From positions 1 to 26,311 of IMG/VR virus record IMGVR_UViG_3300017912_002925: 26,311 nt of DNA; one strand, 5' to 3'. A program made the position numbers and the translations under genes. The first letter of the stretch is position 1. The number at the start of each line of letters is the position of its first letter. This document shows positions 8,959 through 16,907 of this stretch, piece by piece. The notes under the pieces are model-generated. The model saw nothing but the letters and a program-made list of their open reading frames with translations. It was not told the DNA's origin and searched no databases. The DNA comes from a virus (taxonomy: Duplodnaviria > Caudoviricetes).

Positions 8959-8991
8959 TAACCTAACTATCTCATAAGGAAGGGTAATAAC

Positions 8992-9936
8992 ATGGCTTTT
9001 AATAGCGCATCAGGTCATAACAACCTGCCTTCAGGGAACTTTACTCCTGAGATTTTTTCTCAGAAAGTCCTGAAGTTTTTCCGTCGTGCGTCGGTAGCCG
9101 AAGATATCACCAACACCGATTACGCTGGTGAAATCGAAAACTACGGCGACACAGTTCGTATCATCAAAGAACCTACAATCACTGTATCTTCTTACTCACG
9201 TGGTGCTGTGGTCAACCCACAAGACCTCGCTGACGATCAGATCACAATGGTTGTTGATCAAGCGAATGCTTTCGCGTTCAAGATTGACGACATCGAAGAG
9301 CGTCAGTCACACGTCAATTTTGAGGCGTTGGCTACATCTTCTGGTGCGTTCTCTTTGAAGCGTAAGTATGATGCTAGCGTTCTTCAAGCAATGGCCGATG
9401 GTGCTGGTAATACTAGCACATCATACGGTACAGCGGCATCCCCAATTAACATCTACACTGCGGCTACTAAAGGTGACAGTGCTGTTAATGCGATGCTTGC
9501 TATGGCACGTGATCTGGATGATGAATCTATTCCAGAAGAGAACCGCTGGTTCGTTGCACCTCCTGCTTTCTACGAAGCATTGTTTGGTGCCGGTGCTAAG
9601 TTGGCAGAAGTACAGGTAACTGGCGACGCAACTTCACCGCTACGTAACGGTCTTGTTATGCAAGGTAACATTGCTGGCTTTAACTGCTACAAGTCAACCG
9701 CGCTTAACAACTCTGGTACAGATGTTGTAACTGTAACCTCACAGGATACTACGAATGATTTCGTAATTCTTGCTGGTCACATGTCTTCTACAGCGACTGC
9801 ATCGCACATCGCTAAGACAGAGGTTGTCCGTTCAACTGAAACATTCAGCGACATCGTTCGTGGCTTGCACGTATTTGGCCGTAAGGTCCTACGTCCAGAA
9901 GCTCTCGTACAGGGTGTTGTTGCAACTGCCGCATAA
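8992..9936 (+). CDS. Major capsid protein (HK97 fold, P22-coat/T7-like)
   Basis: FTPEIFSQKVL, TNTDYAGEI, GDTVRI, IPEENRWFV and DIVRGLHVFGRKVLRPEAL motifs. RBS AAGGAAGG. Codon usage typical of a highly expressed gene. Confidence 0.93.
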   Translation: MAFNSASGHNNLPSGNFTPEIFSQKVLKFFRRASVAEDITNTDYAGEIENYGDTVRIIKEPTITVSSYSRGAVVNPQDLADDQITMVVDQANAFAFKIDDIEERQSHVNFEALATSSGAFSLKRKYDASVLQAMADGAGNTSTSYGTAASPINIYTAATKGDSAVNAMLAMARDLDDESIPEENRWFVAPPAFYEALFGAGAKLAEVQVTGDATSPLRNGLVMQGNIAGFNCYKSTALNNSGTDVVTVTSQDTTNDFVILAGHMSSTATASHIAKTEVVRSTETFSDIVRGLHVFGRKVLRPEALVQGVVATAA

Positions 9937-9948
9937 GGAGACTAAACA

Positions 9949-10371
9949 ATGGCTACATATACTGTTACTGGTGCCGTTGCGGGCGTCCCCCTCGGCATTA
10001 AACCTCAAATCGTCGAAGTCGTTTTAGACTTCTCTTCAACCAACTTAACTACTTCCGACTCAGTCGAAGTAATTGAGATGAAAGCTAATACACTCGTATT
10101 AGCGGCAGGCGTTGAAGTTATCACAGCGGCATCAACTGGTTCACCAGTTCTTGATCTCGGTGATGATTCTGACGATGATCTATACGTCGCGGCTCTCTCA
10201 GGTTCAGCTACTGGACATGAGATCAACGTTGCGGCAGGCACAATGAAGCTGTACACAGCGGCTGACACCATCGATTTGATTGCTAACACAGCAACTTTCG
10301 ACGGTAAAGTCCGTGTGTTCGCTGTTATCGCGGAACTCGGCACTGCTGAGACTGCGGCAACATTTGCCTAA
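9949..10371 (+). CDS. Putative capsid decoration/minor capsid protein
   Basis: Follows the capsid gene with a strong RBS (TAAGGAG) and precedes the terminator. 140 aa, beta-rich, A/T/V-rich. Confidence 0.7.
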   Translation: MATYTVTGAVAGVPLGIKPQIVEVVLDFSSTNLTTSDSVEVIEMKANTLVLAAGVEVITAASTGSPVLDLGDDSDDDLYVAALSGSATGHEINVAAGTMKLYTAADTIDLIANTATFDGKVRVFAVIAELGTAETAATFA

Positions 10372-10375
10372 ATAT

Positions 10376-10412
10376 GTCAGGGGCCTTCGGGCCCCTTGAC
10401 TCTTTTTATTTT
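10376..10412 (+). terminator. Rho-independent terminator after the capsid genes
   Basis: GTCAGGGGCC-TTCG-GGCCCCTTGAC stem with a C(UUCG)G loop, followed by TCTTTTTATTTT. Confidence 0.9.
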
Positions 10413-10424
10413 ATCCTTTAAACT
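10396..10424 (+). promoter_or_regulatory. Putative sigma70-type promoter overlapping the terminator
   Basis: TTGACT (10396-10401), a 17-nt spacer, then TAAACT (10419-10424). Confidence 0.6.
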
Positions 10425-10453
10425 CAAGACAGGCCCTCCGGGGGTATACCTAC

Positions 10454-10669
10454 ATGAAACCAATGGGATACACAGAAAGGTTTGCAACAGCCCGTGCTAA
10501 AATGGCAAAGGGCGGCAAAGCTAAGAAGAAAGGTAACAAGATATGTCCGGCGGGTATTGCATGGGCAAAACGTACCTTTGATAAATACCCGAGTGCGTAT
10601 GCTAATCTTGCCGCATCAAAATACTGTAAAGATCCCAACTACGCAAAGAAGTCTAAAGGCAAGAAGTAA
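10454..10669 (+). CDS. Small basic protein (71 aa) with a YTERF...MAKGG leader and a YPSAYAN motif
   Basis: Lys-rich. CPAG...FDKYPSAYANLAASKYC resembles a family of small marine phage proteins (DUF5872-like, from memory). TAATG coupling to the next gene. Confidence 0.8.
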   Translation: MKPMGYTERFATARAKMAKGGKAKKKGNKICPAGIAWAKRTFDKYPSAYANLAASKYCKDPNYAKKSKGKK

Positions 10670-10923
10670 TGGGTGAACTTAAAAAGTGGGTCAAACAAGA
10701 TTGGGTACGTATCGGCACCGATGGAAAAATTAAAGGTAAGTGCGGTACATCCAAAAACAAAAAGAACCCTGACCGCTGTTTACCACGAAGTAAGGCTCAA
10801 AGTTTAAGTCAAAAAGACCGAGCCGCAACTGCACGTAAAAAGAAAGCAGGCGGAGCAAAAGGTAAGCAATTTGTTGCAAACACCAAAAAAGCAAAGGTAA
10901 GATCAAGTGGACGAAAAAAATAA
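10669..10923 (+). CDS. Small basic protein (84 aa)
   Basis: LKKWVKQDWV...KCG...RCLP...KGKQFV pattern, very Lys-rich, coupled start. Confidence 0.8.
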   Translation: MGELKKWVKQDWVRIGTDGKIKGKCGTSKNKKNPDRCLPRSKAQSLSQKDRAATARKKKAGGAKGKQFVANTKKAKVRSSGRKK

Positions 10924-11206
10924 GTACACTGAACGTTGGGAAATGGCTCGTGGTGGTCGCACAAAAAAGAATGTAAATTTATCTGTGGGACGAGGCGAAA
11001 AACGCTCCGTAAAAGAAGGCGGGGGTTTGACAGCTAAAGGTCGCGCAAAGTATAATAGGGCTACGGGATCAAATCTTAAAGCTCCTGTAACTGGTAAAGT
11101 AAAGCCCGGAAGTAAAGCGGCAAAGAGACGCAAGAGTTTTTGCGCTAGATCAAAGGGATGGACAGGCGAACGCGGTAGGGCCGCTCGTCGTAGGTGGAAG
11201 TGCTAG
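10907..11206 (+). CDS. Small basic protein (99 aa) with a YTERW-EMARGG leader
   Basis: GGLTAKGRAKYNRATGSNLKAPV...RRKSFCARS...RRRWKC (DUF6321-like, from memory). GTG start with AAGGT upstream; an alternative ATG lies at 10943. Confidence 0.8.
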   Translation: MDEKNKYTERWEMARGGRTKKNVNLSVGRGEKRSVKEGGGLTAKGRAKYNRATGSNLKAPVTGKVKPGSKAAKRRKSFCARSKGWTGERGRAARRRWKC

Positions 11207-11207
11207 T

Positions 11208-11636
11208 ATGATGAAGTATGACGTTACTACTCTTGAAGATCAACTGATTGATCATGAGGGTTTAGAGCTAAAACCTTACCACTGCACAGCAGACAAACTG
11301 ACTATTGGTGTAGGACGTAATATTCAGGACCGAGGCATCACAGAAGATGAAGCTCGATATCTACTCAAAAACGACATTAAGATTGTAGAAGATGAACTTC
11401 TTACGAGACAACCCGTGGTTGCTGGACTTGATTCTGTTCGTCAGCGTGTGCTTGTTGACATGGGCTTCAATCTCGGACTTCCAATTTTAATGAAGTTCCA
11501 AAACATGTGGGCCGCGATTGAGGACGAGGATTACCATGAGGCCGCACGGCAGATGATGGATTCTCGCTGGGCAGATCAGGTAGGCCGACGCGCAGAGCGT
11601 TTGGCTCAAGCAATGTCTTCAGGTGAGTGGATATAA
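11208..11636 (+). CDS. Lysozyme/endolysin, glycoside hydrolase family 24 (T4-lysozyme-like)
   Basis: HEGLELKPYHCTADKLTIGVGRN gives an E-x8-C-x5-T triad. Also VLVDMGFNLG and MMDSRWADQVGRRA. Confidence 0.92.
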   Translation: MMKYDVTTLEDQLIDHEGLELKPYHCTADKLTIGVGRNIQDRGITEDEARYLLKNDIKIVEDELLTRQPVVAGLDSVRQRVLVDMGFNLGLPILMKFQNMWAAIEDEDYHEAARQMMDSRWADQVGRRAERLAQAMSSGEWI

Positions 11637-11990
11637 GTGTCTAAATTTGTTACGACAGGACTAAGTGTAACAGCAACTTCTGGCGGTGCTTCTGGAAATG
11701 TTTTGTACACTTGTCCTGCTCGTTTTAACGGAGAGATTACTTTCTTTCACATTAGTTCTGGTACGAGTGCAAATAAAAAAATAACAGTCGAGTTTTACCA
11801 CGCAGAAACAACAACGTATCATAAACTTTTAAACGCTCTCGATATGGCGGCGAGCTCTTCACATGAAGTTGGCGGCGCAGGCGCACATATTGCAATGCAT
11901 CCGGGGGATAAGATTGTCTGTTCTACGGATACTGCAAGTAACTTTGATGTGTTAATTTCTGTCACGGAGACACGTAGACTCGAAACATGA
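11637..11990 (+). CDS. Hypothetical beta-rich structural protein (117 aa)
   Basis: GTG directly after the lysozyme stop, AGGTGAG RBS, LYTCP motif. Confidence 0.7.
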   Translation: MSKFVTTGLSVTATSGGASGNVLYTCPARFNGEITFFHISSGTSANKKITVEFYHAETTTYHKLLNALDMAASSSHEVGGAGAHIAMHPGDKIVCSTDTASNFDVLISVTETRRLET

Positions 11991-12211
11991 TTGATTTTAA
12001 AGTATACACATCAAGTAACGGCCCTCTTTCTTCTGAACAACTTGCAGAAATGGCTGTTAACGATATTCTTTCTGTTAGTAAGGACGCTCCACAACCTGTG
12101 CGTGATCAAGCTAACATTTTTCGGGAGCAAATGAAAATAGTGATAACTAAGTACATCACACAAGGCATTAACTCTCATCTTAAGTACATGATACAGAATA
12201 AAGGAAAATAA
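11987..12211 (+). CDS. Hypothetical phage protein (74 aa)
   Basis: ATGA overlap; helical SEQLAEMAVNDILSVS...VRDQA. Confidence 0.7.
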   Translation: MIDFKVYTSSNGPLSSEQLAEMAVNDILSVSKDAPQPVRDQANIFREQMKIVITKYITQGINSHLKYMIQNKGK

Positions 12212-12213
12212 AC

Positions 12214-12672
12214 ATGGCTATTACAACTGCAATGGCAAATAACTTTAAGCGTGATATCTTAAAGGGATTGCATGATTTAACAAGTGACACAATTAAAATT
12301 GCTTTAATTGCTTCAACTCACAGCGGAACCTATGATGCATCAACAAATGCTTACGCTGATGTTACAAGCAACAGTGACGAGATTGGTAACACAGGATCAG
12401 GTAGTAATCCATATAGTGCGGGTGGAGTTACACTAGATAGTGGCACTGTTTCGTTAGATGGCAATACTGCAATATGTGATTTTGCTAATGAAACAATTAC
12501 TAATGCTACTATTTCCGAAAGTGGTGCAATTATATATAACACGACGATTAACTCCAATGATGATGCTGTTTGTGTATTAGATTTTAACGGAACCAAGACA
12601 TCTACAAACGGCGATTTTGCAATTCAGTTCCCAACGGCTGACGCTTCTAACGCTGTCATTCGTATTGCCTAA
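12214..12672 (+). CDS. Putative virion structural protein (152 aa)
   Basis: RBS AAAGGA. MAITTAM...FK...DTIKIAL...Y.AGG..L...GAIIYN...VCVLDF..TKTSTNGDF.IQFP is a pattern common in phage structural regions. Confidence 0.75.
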   Translation: MAITTAMANNFKRDILKGLHDLTSDTIKIALIASTHSGTYDASTNAYADVTSNSDEIGNTGSGSNPYSAGGVTLDSGTVSLDGNTAICDFANETITNATISESGAIIYNTTINSNDDAVCVLDFNGTKTSTNGDFAIQFPTADASNAVIRIA

Positions 12673-12685
12673 GTAGAGCAGTACT

Positions 12686-15600
12686 ATGGGGTACATCGTT
12701 GGACCGTTAATATCGGTTCCTGCCCAGAATAGTGCTACTTGGACTCAACGCACGGCGGACATTTCTGCTTATATCGGGCAGAACGTCCGTCTTGTTGTCT
12801 TATACCAGTCTGGTAGTTCTTTTACTGGAGATGTTCAACTCGATGATTTTAACATCGGGGGTAACACGTTTGACCCTGAAACGGGTACCCATAGTTTTCA
12901 GGTACAGTCTGTTGAAGACAATAGTCAACTCAGTAATGTAAATTACATACAGTCTGACTACGATTCTGTTACATGGTCTTCTCTAACAACAGACGGCAGT
13001 ACTCACGCAACAGGTAAATACGGAAAGTTCTTCCGAGATTCTGGGGGAACTCCATCTGGAGGCACCGGCAATACATCTGGTAACACAGGTAGTTTTTATT
13101 ACTTTGCTGAAACCTCCAGTACAGGCTCTAACAACGATATATGGATTCGTTCACCTGAAGTTACCGTAAACAACGGCACACTTAGTTTTTATACTGCACA
13201 AAATGGGGAGACATCTGGACCCATCTACGCCTATCTTGAAGTGACTTCTGTGCCGGTAAAGGCTGTCTATGGTCTTGGCCGATATGGCGATTCCAACTAC
13301 GGCAAACTTCCAGAAACCGTTCGTGCGCCACTTTCTGTTACCAAAGTAGGGTCCATCTACGGACAACAAAATTACGGAGGTGTTACATACGGTAGTGGTA
13401 GTATCTCTACTACTCACAGCGGTATCTCTGCTACTGGCTCTGTCACTACCGTAACTGTTAACGCAGAATCTTCCCTTACTTTACCTGCCGCAACTTCCAC
13501 AGCTTCTGCAGGTGACGCTTTCACTATTGAAGCGGACGCAAGTCATACTGTGGCCTCTGTACTTAGTACAGCTTCCGCAGGTGACGCTTTCACTATTGAA
13601 GCTGACGCAAGGCATACTGTAGCTTCTGTCCCCAGTACTTCCGCTGTTGGCGATGCTGGTGTTATTGGAATTGCAACAACATCTTTTGTAGGTGTCCAAG
13701 CCACAGGAACCGTAGACGGTAATTCAACTATTCTTGCGGACTCTGTGATTGATTTATCCCCTGTAGACTCTGGCGAAAATGATGGTGCCTTTACTATACA
13801 GGTACCAAGCCCAATAACTAACGGCTTTAGTCCTGAGTTTGGCCTTACTCAAGATTTTCTTGTTGAAAGAACCACAGAACTACTTGAAGACTTTGGCAGA
13901 TCGTCCAATGTTGTTATGGCGTGTGAGGTACAGTTACCCACAGCCGCAAGTGTTTCCGAACCAAAAGCTTTATTTGAGCATGGTGGTGGTGGTATAGGTG
14001 CTTACGTTGGCATCTCCAAAATTAACAACGTGTATCATCTGCGTATTAGAGCGGGTGAGGGCAGTACTAGTGTACAATTACTTAGCGATGACACCGATAT
14101 CGCTGTAGCGGATGTTGCTCTTTCTGAGATACCTGAGTTTGATGGCAGTACACACAATGTAGTATGGGAGTTTAAACCGGGTGCGCCGGGTCGGGTTCGC
14201 TTGTGGATTGACGGTAGGAATATCATCAGTCAAGAAACATCAGGCGGTGGGCAACTAGAATCCGCTCAATGGTCTGGTGGAGGAACGGGAGAGTTTGGTG
14301 GTTCCGCCGGTCCTCCCGGAGGAGTTTTAACCTACGATGGGGGTGCTACTCAATATCAAACAAATACTAACTGGCCTTACACTCCGGGTGATCTGCGAGT
14401 ATACGTCGGTGAACTAGCTGACTTTGGCACAACTCTTACCATAACCGCTGATGCAAATGTAACACCTGAATCTGCAACATCAACAAGTTCTGCAAACACT
14501 CCTAATTTCGTAGGAAATTGTTTGTTTACGTTGCCTAGTCGTGTTTCTGGTTCTAACACAGTTAATGATGTTACTCCAAAAGCAAGTGCAACAGCTACAA
14601 TTGACGGCGGTGCAACTGCAACGTTTACAACACCAAACTTTACTATATTTACAGGTGTATTTGTTACCTTAACTGTTGACGGCGTTTCTGCCACATCAAG
14701 AGTTGATGATAATCTAACAATAAAAGCACAAGCGGTTGCTGTTCCAGAAGCCGCTACTGCAACTTCTTCTATAAATGATAGTATTACTGTTGAGGCGGAC
14801 GTTGTCCATGTTGTTGCCTCAATTCAGGGTGTTTCTGCTAGTGGTGGCGCAGGAACAATTAAAGCCGGGGCGGTTATTGATACACTCCCAAGCGTTCAGG
14901 CAACTTCGTCTGTAAATGACGATTTAACTATTATCGGAAAAGCAGAGTTCACTTTACCTAGTGTTTCTTCAACATCTGCTATTGACGATAATCTTACACT
15001 TAACGCAAGTGCTACAACAGGAGAAGTTCCAAGTGTTTCCGCCACAAGCTCTGTAGAATCTCCTGAAAGCATTGTTGCTCAAGCAAATGTAACACCGGAA
15101 AGTGCGTCTTCTACAGGTCTTGCGAACGGTTCTGCTACTTTTGTTGGGCTTGCTGAATTCACACTTTCTTCTGTAGAGGCAACAGCGACTGCGGATGGTG
15201 ATTCCATTATTGAAGCTGACGCATCGTTTATCGTAGTTTCTGTTGATGGAGTGAGTGCTACTGGAGGCGTTTCAAGCCTTGTTGCTGAAGCAAATGTAAC
15301 ACCAGAAAGTGCGGTAGCGACAGGATCTTCTACTACCCCTACAATACAAGCGCAAGCTGTATTTACTACTGAATCCTTGTTAGCCACATCTGCGGCGAAT
15401 GATGTAACGGTTTCTGCAAAGGCTACTGTCGATCTAGATGGAGTAAGTGCTTCTTCTACCGCAGACGATGGATTAACAATAGTCGTTAATCAAACATTTA
15501 CCGTCGATGCTGTGCAAGGAACAACGGCGGCTAATGATATTGACGCAATTGGAAATTGTAACACTGTCGTCAATTCTGTTTCTGCTACATCGGCAATTGA

Positions 15601-15910
15601 TGAAGACATTACAATTACTGCCGATACGAATTTTGAAATTGCAAGTGTCGAGGCAACGGGCAGTGTTACTACTGCGACGGTTGTAGTTAAAGTTTTAGAA
15701 GTTTTGCCGTCAATTAGTTTGACGGGATCTGTAACGACTACTACAATTACTACAGAAACAAATATTTTTGATGCAAACAACCGCATTGAAAAACGAACAG
15801 TTTACGTTGCCGCAGATAAACCTCGAATTGCTTTTGTAAGCCCAGATAAAGTACGAGTCGTTGACATACCTGCTGATAAACCTAGAACAACTTATGTGGA
15901 GGCCGCTTAA
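12686..15910 (+). CDS. 1074-aa Ser/Thr/Ala/Val-rich fibre-like virion protein with an N-terminal MAM-like domain, a LamG/ConA-like insert and about 23-aa repeats
   Basis: MAM-like motifs GDVQLDDF and GGTPS...YYFAETSS...IRSP. LamG-like DGSTHNVVWEF...VRLWIDG. Repeated SATSS...I.A.A units. Confidence 0.7.
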   Translation: MGYIVGPLISVPAQNSATWTQRTADISAYIGQNVRLVVLYQSGSSFTGDVQLDDFNIGGNTFDPETGTHSFQVQSVEDNSQLSNVNYIQSDYDSVTWSSLTTDGSTHATGKYGKFFRDSGGTPSGGTGNTSGNTGSFYYFAETSSTGSNNDIWIRSPEVTVNNGTLSFYTAQNGETSGPIYAYLEVTSVPVKAVYGLGRYGDSNYGKLPETVRAPLSVTKVGSIYGQQNYGGVTYGSGSISTTHSGISATGSVTTVTVNAESSLTLPAATSTASAGDAFTIEADASHTVASVLSTASAGDAFTIEADARHTVASVPSTSAVGDAGVIGIATTSFVGVQATGTVDGNSTILADSVIDLSPVDSGENDGAFTIQVPSPITNGFSPEFGLTQDFLVERTTELLEDFGRSSNVVMACEVQLPTAASVSEPKALFEHGGGGIGAYVGISKINNVYHLRIRAGEGSTSVQLLSDDTDIAVADVALSEIPEFDGSTHNVVWEFKPGAPGRVRLWIDGRNIISQETSGGGQLESAQWSGGGTGEFGGSAGPPGGVLTYDGGATQYQTNTNWPYTPGDLRVYVGELADFGTTLTITADANVTPESATSTSSANTPNFVGNCLFTLPSRVSGSNTVNDVTPKASATATIDGGATATFTTPNFTIFTGVFVTLTVDGVSATSRVDDNLTIKAQAVAVPEAATATSSINDSITVEADVVHVVASIQGVSASGGAGTIKAGAVIDTLPSVQATSSVNDDLTIIGKAEFTLPSVSSTSAIDDNLTLNASATTGEVPSVSATSSVESPESIVAQANVTPESASSTGLANGSATFVGLAEFTLSSVEATATADGDSIIEADASFIVVSVDGVSATGGVSSLVAEANVTPESAVATGSSTTPTIQAQAVFTTESLLATSAANDVTVSAKATVDLDGVSASSTADDGLTIVVNQTFTVDAVQGTTAANDIDAIGNCNTVVNSVSATSAIDEDITITADTNFEIASVEATGSVTTATVVVKVLEVLPSISLTGSVTTTTITTETNIFDANNRIEKRTVYVAADKPRIAFVSPDKVRVVDIPADKPRTTYVEAA
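13499..13636 (+). repeat. Near-perfect 69-bp tandem duplication (23 aa)
   Basis: ACAGCTTCTGCAGGTGACGCTTTCACTATTGAAGC... at 13499 and ACAGCTTCCGCAGGTGACGCTTTCACTATTGAAGC... at 13568. Confidence 0.9.
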
Positions 15911-16227
15911 TGGCGTTAAAATGGCCGGACAAAGACCCGGATGAACAGCTTGATTTTAGTGTAGATTGGTCGCGGTATTTGGGTAGCGCAACTTTATCTT
16001 CTGTCACGTGGAAAATTGACGATGCCTCTGGCGTAAAACAAACATGGGCTAGTGCGGCCTTCGTTAATAGTCTTCAACACGTAAGTTCGTCTAATACGAA
16101 TACAGTCGCTACAATTGAGATTGGCTCGGGTGACGCAAATACAACTTACAACATTTACTGCGCCGTTACTACTTCAGCAGGAAATAGTACGGAGCGTAAA
16201 GTTATACTCAAGGTTAGGGAAAGATAA
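15910..16227 (+). CDS. Putative fibre-attachment/adaptor protein (105 aa)
   Basis: N-terminal WPDKDPDEQLDFSVDW motif, beta-rich, TAATG coupling on both sides. Confidence 0.7.
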   Translation: MALKWPDKDPDEQLDFSVDWSRYLGSATLSSVTWKIDDASGVKQTWASAAFVNSLQHVSSSNTNTVATIEIGSGDANTTYNIYCAVTTSAGNSTERKVILKVRER

Positions 16228-16907
16228 TGGCGTACAATTACTTAGGACTCGTAAATGATGCCGCCATTAGGCTGAACGAAACAGCCCTTACGTCCAGTAA
16301 CTTTACAACAGCTAAAGGATTCTACCCGACGTTAAAAGAGGCAGTTAATGCATCGATTAAACACATCAACCAAGCGCATTTCTTTTGGCCGTACAACCAC
16401 AACAAAGAAGAAGTAACGTTTGAGGCAGGCGTGTCACGCTATTCTCTTGTTGAAAACGCAAAGTTTGTTGACTTTGGTTCCTTTAGATTAAAACGTGATA
16501 CATCTCTTAATGTGGGCGAGGGACGTAGGCTACCTCAACTTACATACGCTGAATACCTCGACGTATATATTGATCAAGAATACGAGACTGACTCTACAAA
16601 AGGTGGCGTGTCACGAAATGTCGTACGTACTCCCAACGAAGAATTTATTGTTGTTCCGATGCCTGACAAAGCGTACGAGATTGAGTACGAGTACTACATG
16701 GAGCCGGTAGATCTTTCTAGTTCGACTGATGTCCCCTCAATACCGGAAAGATTTAGGCATGTGATTGTAGACGGTGTTATGTACTACGCCTATATGTTTC
16801 GTGACAATATTGAGATGGCAAACATATCACAAAGTAAGTTTGAAAACGGCATAAAGAATATGCGTACACTCCTCGTTAACGAACACGCTTACTTTAGGGC
16901 ATTCTAG
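16227..16907 (+). CDS. Tail adaptor/tail tubular protein A-like
   Basis: NYLGLVN...RLNE, PMPDKAYEIEYEYY and DVPSIPERFRHVIVDG motifs; positioned before the nozzle gene. Confidence 0.8.
   Translation: MAYNYLGLVNDAAIRLNETALTSSNFTTAKGFYPTLKEAVNASIKHINQAHFFWPYNHNKEEVTFEAGVSRYSLVENAKFVDFGSFRLKRDTSLNVGEGRRLPQLTYAEYLDVYIDQEYETDSTKGGVSRNVVRTPNEEFIVVPMPDKAYEIEYEYYMEPVDLSSSTDVPSIPERFRHVIVDGVMYYAYMFRDNIEMANISQSKFENGIKNMRTLLVNEHAYFRAF

Noticed and set aside
9900-9960. T7 10A/10B-like frameshift extension of the capsid protein
   Set aside because: No slippery sequence was seen, and the downstream gene has its own strong RBS (TAAGGAG).
10840-11030. KKAGG and KEGGG considered as further copies of the MAxGG tag
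   Set aside because: They lack the M/F at -3 and the YTER element, and lie inside the conserved protein bodies.
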